Positions 57,874-64,000 of a stretch of 64,000 bases of DNA are shown here, piece by piece. Within the stretch, counting starts at the first letter, position 1. Each line of letters starts with the position of its first letter. Made by a program: the position numbers and the translations under genes. This stretch comes from an uncultured delta proteobacterium. GTDB taxonomy: Bacteria > Desulfobacterota > Binatia > UBA9968. The DNA lies in NCBI GenBank assembly GCA_963847445.1, contig CAWJZV010000006.1, forward strand, positions 32,001 to 96,000, written 5' to 3'. Under the pieces are notes generated by a model. That model did not search any database. It saw nothing but the letters and a program-made list of their open reading frames with translations, and was not told the origin of the DNA.

Positions 57874-58869
57874 GTGGTTAAAATTGACAGTGAAATGATA
57901 CGCTGGGGCGAGCGGCTCTTCGAGCGCCGGCTGATCAGTGGCTGGGGCGGCAATCTGAGTTGCCGTGTCGGGGAAAACGATTTCCTCATCACCGGCCAGC
58001 ATGCGCCGCTCGGTTTCTTAACGAGGAAAGATTTGGTGCGTATCCACGCCGACGGCAAACCGGTCAAGAAAAGCCAGCGCGCTTCGAGTGAAACGCCGAT
58101 GCATTTGGCGGTCTACGCCGGCACCGACGCTCAGGCGATCGTCCATGTGCACCCGCCGATGGTGCTGGCGTTCTCGTTGTCGCATGACAGCTTCGCGCCC
58201 CTCAGCTATGAGGAGAAGTACACCATCGGCAACGTGCCGGTGATTTCCCAGGACACGCCGACGGTGACCAAACCGGAAGCGGTGGTCGAGGCGCTTAAAT
58301 ATCATCCAGTCGCGATCATCAAAGGCCATGGCACGGTGGCGATCGGCAAAACTTTTCAAGAAGCGTTTCTCTACACCGACCTGCTCGAAGAAGCGGTGCA
58401 TTGCCAATTCTTTCAAAGCGGTATCGGCGCGGAGGGTAAGGTTGATGCGCGCTTGACCGAGCCGGTCACGGTTAGCGCCGCGGTGGGGGAAGCCTACGAG
58501 CTTTTCTCGCACGAACACATGACTGCGCTGGTCGACAGCGCCAACGGCGACCGCGACTTTCGCCAATTTGCCAGCGACACCAGTCTGACGACGTCGCTGA
58601 GCTTGCACATGGAAAATAATGACGTGGCCTGGACCGTGCAGTTCGTCGCCGGCGAGATTACCGCTTTAACCGATAATTCCGGCGGCGATTTTCTCATCAG
58701 CGGTAACGCCGAATGGTGGCGCGCGGTGTTCAGCAATAAGATCGATGCATTTTTAGCGACGCAGCAAGGTAAGTTGAAACTCAAGCGAGGCGAACTGGCG
58801 CAGTTATCGCGCTGGTACAAACCATTTCAGAGGGCATTTGCGCTATGGCAAACCATACCGATTCACTAG
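57874..58869 (+). CDS. Class II aldolase/adducin domain fused to an SCP2 sterol-carrier-like domain
   Basis: GGNLS, SSETPMH, HVH, GHG; C-terminal DFLISG..E.W..V....ID...A..QGKLKL.G.L. Confidence 0.85.
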   Translation: MVKIDSEMIRWGERLFERRLISGWGGNLSCRVGENDFLITGQHAPLGFLTRKDLVRIHADGKPVKKSQRASSETPMHLAVYAGTDAQAIVHVHPPMVLAFSLSHDSFAPLSYEEKYTIGNVPVISQDTPTVTKPEAVVEALKYHPVAIIKGHGTVAIGKTFQEAFLYTDLLEEAVHCQFFQSGIGAEGKVDARLTEPVTVSAAVGEAYELFSHEHMTALVDSANGDRDFRQFASDTSLTTSLSLHMENNDVAWTVQFVAGEITALTDNSGGDFLISGNAEWWRAVFSNKIDAFLATQQGKLKLKRGELAQLSRWYKPFQRAFALWQTIPIH

Positions 58870-60374
58870 GTTTTTACGCCGCTGAAGTTTTACAGCGGAC
58901 GGCGGCGCGCCAACCGGACAAGACCGCGATCATCGCCAAGGAAGAGGAGCTGACTTTCGCCGCGCTCAATCAGCGCGTACAGGCGCTGGCCGGCCACTTG
59001 ATCGCAGACGGCATCCGCCAAGGCGATCGGGTCGGCGTGCTCTTGCCCAACTCCACGGCGATACCGCTCGCTTATTATTCAACGCAGAAGATCGGCGCCG
59101 TGACCGTGATCCTCGACGCCCGCTTGAAGGGCAAAGAGCTAGAAGGCGTGTTGCAGGACGCCGATTTGAAACTGTTGGTGGTGCACCAAACTCTTTATTC
59201 GGAAGTCGAAGAGATTTTTAAAACTATCGCGCCGATCCCGGTTTGGATCGCCGGTGGCACGGGCGAGCGCGGTTTCGAGCATCGTTTCACCGCTACGGCT
59301 GGCGCGACGTACCTGCCAGAGCTCAAGCCTGACGACGATGCTTTGATACTTTATACCTCCGGCACCACCGGCGAGCCCAAAGGCGTGGTGCTGTCCTATC
59401 GCAATCTGCTGCAGTATCCCAAGGTGATGGGCGCGATGAACGTCTGCGATGCCACGACGATGCGTGGCTGCGTACTGCCGATGTCGCATATCGTCGGTCC
59501 GGTGGTGTGTAACGAGTTAGCGGAAAAGGGCTACACGCTGGTGATCTTCGATCAGATCAATCCGGTTACTTTGCTCGAAGGCATTCAAAAATACCGCGTC
59601 AATGTTTTCGAAAGCGTGCCCATCGTGTTTCAGCTTTTGCTCGGTGTGAAAAACTTGGCTAGCTACGACACCAGCAGCATGAAGATCGCCGCGATGATGG
59701 GCACGAGCATTCCGATGCCGCTGTTGCGCGCGTTCCAAACCGCCCAACCGCATATCAAAGTCATCCAAGGTTACGGTCTGACGGAAACGTCGCCGATGAT
59801 CACGCTGGTCGAGCCGGAAAAAGCGGAAGCCAAGATGGGCAGCATCGGCCGCGCCGTACCGGGCGTGGAAGTGAAGATCGTCGATGACTACGACAAGGAA
59901 GTGCCGGTCGGCGAAGCGGGAGAAATCATCACCCGCGGCCCCCATATCATGAAAGGTTATTTTCGCCGGGCCGATGCTACGGCGCAACGTATCCGCAACG
60001 GCTGGCTCTATACCGGTGATGTCGGCAAGGTGGAAGCGGATGGCTACTACTATCATCTCGGCCGGCGCGACGACATGATCATCACCGGCGGCTTGAACGT
60101 CTATCCCGCCGAAGTGGAGAATTTGATTTACACCTATCCTGGCGTGCAGGAGACCATTGTCTTCGCCATCCCCGATGCCAAGCGCGGCCAAGTGATCGGC
60201 GCCGCGATTGTACAGCGGCCGGGCGCGACGGTGGTCGAAAAAGAGCTGCTGAGTTTTCTGCGCGCCAACCTGGCGAATTTTAAAGTGCCCGACCAGATCG
60301 TTATCCGCGAGTCGCTGCCGCGCACCTCGTCGGGCAAGACGATCCGCGATGCGGCGACGCTGCTGGGGAACTAG
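58845..60374 (+). CDS. Acyl-CoA synthetase (class I adenylate-forming, long-chain fatty acid-CoA ligase-like)
   Basis: YTSGTTGEPKG, GYGLTE, YTGD, GR.DDMII.GG.NVYP.EVE, PRTSSGK. Confidence 0.93.
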   Translation: MANHTDSLGFYAAEVLQRTAARQPDKTAIIAKEEELTFAALNQRVQALAGHLIADGIRQGDRVGVLLPNSTAIPLAYYSTQKIGAVTVILDARLKGKELEGVLQDADLKLLVVHQTLYSEVEEIFKTIAPIPVWIAGGTGERGFEHRFTATAGATYLPELKPDDDALILYTSGTTGEPKGVVLSYRNLLQYPKVMGAMNVCDATTMRGCVLPMSHIVGPVVCNELAEKGYTLVIFDQINPVTLLEGIQKYRVNVFESVPIVFQLLLGVKNLASYDTSSMKIAAMMGTSIPMPLLRAFQTAQPHIKVIQGYGLTETSPMITLVEPEKAEAKMGSIGRAVPGVEVKIVDDYDKEVPVGEAGEIITRGPHIMKGYFRRADATAQRIRNGWLYTGDVGKVEADGYYYHLGRRDDMIITGGLNVYPAEVENLIYTYPGVQETIVFAIPDAKRGQVIGAAIVQRPGATVVEKELLSFLRANLANFKVPDQIVIRESLPRTSSGKTIRDAATLLGN

Positions 60375-60388
60375 CTCGGAATTCTGGC

Positions 60389-60506
60389 CGCAAAGATCGC
60401 AAAAAAGAATGTCATTCGAGCGAAGAGAGAAATCTTTGTGAGAAACCTCGGATTGGGATGACGGGCTTTGCCCGTCACTTGGCGTCTTTGCGCCTTTGCG
60501 GGAGAA
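60389..60506 (+). repeat. Palindromic intergenic repeat, copy 1
   Basis: GGATGACGGGCTTTGCCCGTCACTTGGCGTCTTTGCGCCTTTGCG core (from 60456) with a partial CGCAAAG left arm. Confidence 0.8.
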
Positions 60507-60524
60507 ATTTCTTAACTGGGTCGA

Positions 60525-60854
60525 ATGAAGAAAGCCAAGACTAAGGTCGTCGACAGCGGCGAAGAGCTGCTGGCGACGTTTACGAGCGCGGCGGGGATCA
60601 TTCTCGCTGTCACCGAGAACCGCAATTGGATCGAAGTGTTTTTCGACGGCGTGATCATGCACACCGAGACCGTCAATCTGCCGGCGGGCAAGCTCTTCAA
60701 TATCTACGTCGAAGAGATCGCGCATAAGTCGACGGTTTACGAGCATCCGCGCACGATGATCTATTTCGACGGGCCGTACGATCTGCGAATGACGCGCGAC
60801 GGCGATCGGGTGATCGTCACCGGCACGCCCAACCCACGCGAGAATACGGCGTGA
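60525..60854 (+). CDS. Hypothetical protein (109 aa, beta-rich)
   Basis: Codon usage like its neighbours; lies between repeat copies 1 and 2. Confidence 0.75.
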   Translation: MKKAKTKVVDSGEELLATFTSAAGIILAVTENRNWIEVFFDGVIMHTETVNLPAGKLFNIYVEEIAHKSTVYEHPRTMIYFDGPYDLRMTRDGDRVIVTGTPNPRENTA

Positions 60855-60867
60855 AGGCTCGGATTAT

Positions 60868-60964
60868 CTCTCGCAAAGGCGCAAAGACGCAAAGGTAGAG
60901 AAGTTTCCTCGGCTCTGGATGACGGGCCTTGCCCGTCACTTGGCGTCTTTGCGCCTTTGCGGAG
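60868..60964 (+). repeat. Palindromic intergenic repeat, copy 2
   Basis: CTCTCGCAAAGGCGCAAAGACGCAAAG pairs with CTTGGCGTCTTTGCGCCTTTGCGGAG; inner TGACGGGC-CTT-GCCCGTCA hairpin. Confidence 0.85.
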
Positions 60965-61010
60965 TAATCTCCTAATCCGATGTCTCTATCTTACCGTGGT
61001 GAGTAAATCT

Positions 61011-61731
61011 ATGACAACCTGGCCGGCAGCGCCTGCCGAACTTCCGGCGCTTGAACGGACCGTCCATGTTTGGGCGGTGCCGTTAGATGACGCGCGTGTC
61101 GATCTCGACGGCGGGCGGGAGCTGCTCTCGCCGGACGAGCGCGAACGCGCGGCGCGCTTTCATTTTGAACAGCACCGGCGGCGCTATCTGATTGCCCATA
61201 TCGCGCTGCATAGGATTCTCAGCCGCTATTTACAGATTGACCCGGCGCGACTGTCATTTCGAACTTGGCAGCAACGGCAAGCCCAAGCTGCCACCGGTGC
61301 TGGCGCCGGCCGGCGTCGACTTCAATCTCTCTCATTCCAACGAAATGGCTTTGCTCGCGGTCAACCTCATCGGCGAGATCGGTGTCGATATCGAGTACGT
61401 CAAACCCGACTTCAAGTTCGAGGAGATCGCCGAGCGATTTTTCACGGCGCGAGAAGTAGCGGCGCTGCGCGGACTTCCATCCGAGCTGCAGCGCCAAGCG
61501 TTTTTCAAATGCTGGACCTGTAAAGAGGCCTTTCTCAAAGCCAAGGGCACCGGGCTATCAGGCAAGCTGGATGAGGTGGAAATCACTCTTGGCGCTGCGG
61601 ATCAAGTACTGATCCGCGCAGACGTGCCCGGTTGGTCACTCGCCGAATTGAATTCCATCGACGCTTACCAAGCCGCGCTCGTGGTCGCCGGCTCCTCGGT
61701 ACCCATCCGATACTATCTCTGGCAGCCGTAA
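61011..61731 (+). CDS. Sfp/HetI-type 4'-phosphopantetheinyl transferase (frameshift near 61258)
   Basis: LSPDERERAARF, GKPKL, FNLSHS, IGVDIE, WTCKEAFLKAKG.GL. Confidence 0.9.
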
Positions 61732-61753
61732 TCAGTTGTCCGGTTCGGGATAT

Positions 61754-61829
61754 TTCTCGCGCCAAGTCGCAACGCGCGCCAAGTGACGGGCCGAAGTCCG
61801 TCATTCCGGGCGGCGACCCGGAATCCAGG
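61754..61829 (-). repeat. Palindromic intergenic repeat, copy 3 (inverted), fused to a CGTC-type REP
   Basis: CGCCAAGTGACGGGCCGAAGTCCGTCATTCC is the reverse complement of the core; continues GTCATTCCGGGCGGCGACCCGGAATCCAG. Confidence 0.7.
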
Positions 61830-62251
61830 TTCATGGGTAGGGCGGGCTTCAGGCCTTTTCTTTTCAGGCGCCAGAACATTGCGCAGCAATAACAAATCCG
61901 CAGTAGCCATCGCTCAGTTTTATAAACCGCTCCGCAAACCGAAGTCTTTCTGTTTCTCCCGCCGGGAGTATCAAAACGACTACACAGTGTAGCAATCGGG
62001 CGACAGCTTAGAAGCTTTTCCCAGGGGGTGTTCTTTATGGCTCGGGAACCAGGTTTCTTCCGTAATTTCAAAATCTTAACCCGTCTGCACCACTGCGCCT
62101 CTGTTCTGGTACAACGATTGCGCTAGAGCGAAGCGTACCGGCGCTGCGAATCTCGCCCGTGCTTGGGGCTAGCGAGCCGGGGGCGCGGTTCGCGATGGCA
62201 GAAAATTTCTCTCGACAGCGGTCGATTTACGGCGGTAGGATCGAATCCAAT

Positions 62252-62303
62252 CAGATACGGCCTGACGATTGCGCCGAACGTGCTGGTGCGGGCGGATAAG
62301 GTG
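62252..62303 (+). pseudogene. C-terminal tail remnant of an ABC transporter substrate-binding protein
   Basis: QI/GLTIAPNVLVRADKV matches the ABC_sub_bind C-terminal motif GLTIPPxVLARADKVI; no upstream gene body. Confidence 0.7.
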
Positions 62304-62986
62304 CTTCGGGAAGCGTCGGCAAAAGCCGGAGGAAGGTAGCGAATGAAAGAGTCGTACGAAGGTAAGACCTAGCCAGTCGCCTTGGCCTCGAGTGATGCGT
62401 TGTGTCGGGCAACCGGCACGGCGAAGCGTTCACAGAGGTACAACCGGGCGGTGTATGGAGCTCCGAAAGCACCCTTTTGAGGTGGCCGACCTTATCCTGA
62501 ATATGGGGAAGGCAACAGTCATGTCGAACGATAAAGGCGAGTTCGATGTGGCCCCCACGGAGTCAGAGACCACCGGCACGGTTGGAAACTTTCCTCACGG
62601 AAGCCGAGAGACCCCGGTAACATCCGTTTCTATCGTAGAAGCGGATCGGTCGGAGAAGGCGCGAGGCCACAATGCCGACGTGCACGTTATCGGGGAGTCA
62701 CACAGTTCCATAGTACCAAAGAAGCCGGCGAACAAAGGCCGAGTGCCCAGGCCTGCGGAGTCGGGGGAGGGAAGGGGACTGACCAAGGAGAACACCGAGC
62801 AATCGCTACTGGACCGGACACAGAGCCGGAACTCGGACGGGAAACCGTTTGTAGCCAGGTCGCGTGGATTGCTGGGTGTACGTGTAGCTTTTGCACGTCA
62901 ACATCCGAGGTAAGAGCCGTATGCGGTAGCTCCGCACGTACGGATCTGTGCGGGGGGCGGTCAGCAATGACCGTCCCTACCGCGAT
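62286..62986 (+). mobile_element. Group II intron with the reverse-transcriptase ORF deleted (non-autonomous)
   Basis: 5' GTGCG, CGGCAAAAGCCG hairpin, domain I motifs (GAAGCGTTCACAG); domain V GAGCCGTATGCGGTAGCTCCGCACGTACGGATC at 62914-62946; domain VI with bulged A; ends CGCGAT. Confidence 0.9.
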
Positions 62987-63120
62987 TAAGGCAAAAGTAA
63001 AAATGAATAAGGCAAAATGAAAAGAAAAAAGGCCTGATGCGGCAGGCGATGAATTTTGGCTGATCGAAATCGGCGATTGACAGGTGACCGGGCGTTGGTA
63101 AACTAACACCCTTAACGGAA

Positions 63121-63453
63121 ATGACTCACTTGGCGCGAGAAGCTCATAATAGAGAAATCGATGGGGCACGTGCGCGGGAGATCGCGCGCGAGGTTGCCAA
63201 ACTTGCGCGATCGCTGCTTGGCGAAAACACGCAGGTGATCTGGTTTGGTTCTTGGCCCCGTGGCAAGGCGGTGGCTCACTCGGACATCGATGTGGCGGTT
63301 TCGATTGGCATACCGATTCCCGCGGAGCGCATGGCGTTGCTGCACGATGCTGTCGACGACATCGCGACGCTTTATGAAATCGATTTGCTTGACCTTGGCT
63401 CCGCTGGTCCGGGCTTGCGCGACGAAGTTCTAAAACATGGGGAACGACTGTGA
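63121..63453 (+). CDS. Minimal nucleotidyltransferase (MNT) antitoxin
   Basis: FGS..RG.....SDID; EIDLLDL; GERL C-terminus. Confidence 0.9.
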   Translation: MTHLAREAHNREIDGARAREIAREVAKLARSLLGENTQVIWFGSWPRGKAVAHSDIDVAVSIGIPIPAERMALLHDAVDDIATLYEIDLLDLGSAGPGLRDEVLKHGERL

Positions 63454-63815
63454 CTAAGCGGCGTCAGGCGTTAGCTTCGGCGCTCGCTCGCCTGCGCGAG
63501 GTCTTGGCACAGCCGGAAAACGACGTGAGCCGTGACGCAGCGATTCAACGCTTCGAGTTCTGTTTCGAACTGGCTTGGAAGGCGATTCAAGAGCAGGCGC
63601 GAGACGAGGGCATGGACTGTCAGTCGCCTAAGAGCTGTTTAAAACTCGCCTTCAAAAACTCTTGGATCCTTGACGAACCGGCGTGGCTGGCGATGCTGGT
63701 GGATCGTAATCAAACCTCGCATACCTACGACGAAGCCCTCGCCAAGGCGGTCTATAGTCGCCTGCGCGGTTACCTGCCACTGTTTGAAGATTTAACGAAT
63801 AATCTTGCGGCGTAG
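63450..63815 (+). CDS. HEPN toxin / HI0074-family nucleotidyltransferase substrate-binding protein
   Basis: DAAIQRFEFCFELAWK; RNQTSH (Rx4H); 4-nt overlap with the MNT gene. Confidence 0.92.
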   Translation: MTKRRQALASALARLREVLAQPENDVSRDAAIQRFEFCFELAWKAIQEQARDEGMDCQSPKSCLKLAFKNSWILDEPAWLAMLVDRNQTSHTYDEALAKAVYSRLRGYLPLFEDLTNNLAA

Positions 63816-63842
63816 GACTTTTCCCGCGTTCAATCCCTCTCA

Positions 63843-64000
63843 TCAAGATTCCACGGCTACGAATCTGGCAAACGCCGGCTGAAATTCAAACTCCAACTTG
63901 CTTCTTTCTCCGCCGCGGTTTTTAACGATGTGCAGCGTGAGTGCTTGATTGGGTTCGGTGAGTTGATTACTCCTCGCCTGATTTTTTTCCATGACCAAAA
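63843..64000 (-). CDS. C-terminus of a DnaB-like helicase-fold protein (gene extends beyond the window)
   Basis: Reverse strand ...LTLHIVKNRGGERSKLEFEFQPAFARFVAVES*, containing the KNR.G arginine-finger motif. Confidence 0.65.
   Translation of the reverse strand, partial: LVMEKNQARSNQLTEPNQALTLHIVKNRGGERSKLEFEFQPAFARFVAVES

Noticed and set aside
56343-58869. Canonical methionine salvage genes mtnA/mtnB
   Set aside because: Motif changes, the extra domains and the lack of mtnK/mtnC/mtnD context argue against assigning these symbols.
59517-60746. Long antisense ORFs (e.g. 59517-60746, 9258-10157, 12306-13079)
   Set aside because: Shadow frames of high-GC genes on the opposite strand with no recognisable motifs.
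58845-61731. NRPS/PKS cluster inferred from adenylation enzyme plus PPTase
   Set aside because: No carrier protein, condensation or ketosynthase domain is present, and repeats separate the PPTase from the operon.
60389-61829. Repeats as a CRISPR array or bona fide integron attC sites
   Set aside because: Spacing is gene-sized, one copy is inverted, I see no clear RYYYAAC/GTTRRRY boxes, and there is no integrase in the window.
62392-62913. 173-aa ORF as a protein-coding gene
   Set aside because: It reads through intron RNA domains and the fused RT-ORF ends; it has no RT motifs (no YADD).
63121-63815. MNT-HEPN pair as a novel system
   Set aside because: This is a well-known, widespread toxin-antitoxin family with canonical motifs.

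Overview
A bacterial window, probably from a long-read MAG. Gene style and an ABC substrate-binding-protein (SBP) tail remnant suggest Candidatus Binatia or a related deltaproteobacterial lineage (inference). (1) About 1-43.7 kb is a signalling/stress island. It holds six sensor kinases (one with 11 tandem 92-aa HAMP repeats), a stand-alone receiver, a sigma54 activator, DegQ, three M48 peptidases, SOD, CBS, PRC-barrel, a CsbD-like protein, DUF1328 x2, DUF3096 and several small ORFs missing from the track. Eight perfect and about six near-perfect sigma54 -24/-12 promoters point at these genes. (2) About 43.8-53.6 kb is housekeeping: TPP riboswitch-thiS-thiG-thiE, FAH, amidohydrolase, holA, a PLD nuclease, a probable 6S RNA, a DD-carboxypeptidase-SPOR protein and an MBL hydrolase. 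(3) 53.7-61.7 kb is a MarR-associated operon: CCG Fe-S oxidoreductase, nucleoside phosphorylase, a remodelled and domain-duplicated MtnA-like isomerase, a class II aldolase fused to a lipid-binding SCP2 domain, and an acyl-CoA ligase. It looks like a DHAP-shunt pathway adapted to a lipid-substituted nucleoside and is the best candidate for an undescribed system. (4) The end carries palindromic repeats, an RT-deleted group II intron whose 5' end reads in frame with an SBP C-terminal tail, an MNT-HEPN pair and the tail of a DnaB-like gene. Many genes have single-base frameshifts that are probably assembly errors.
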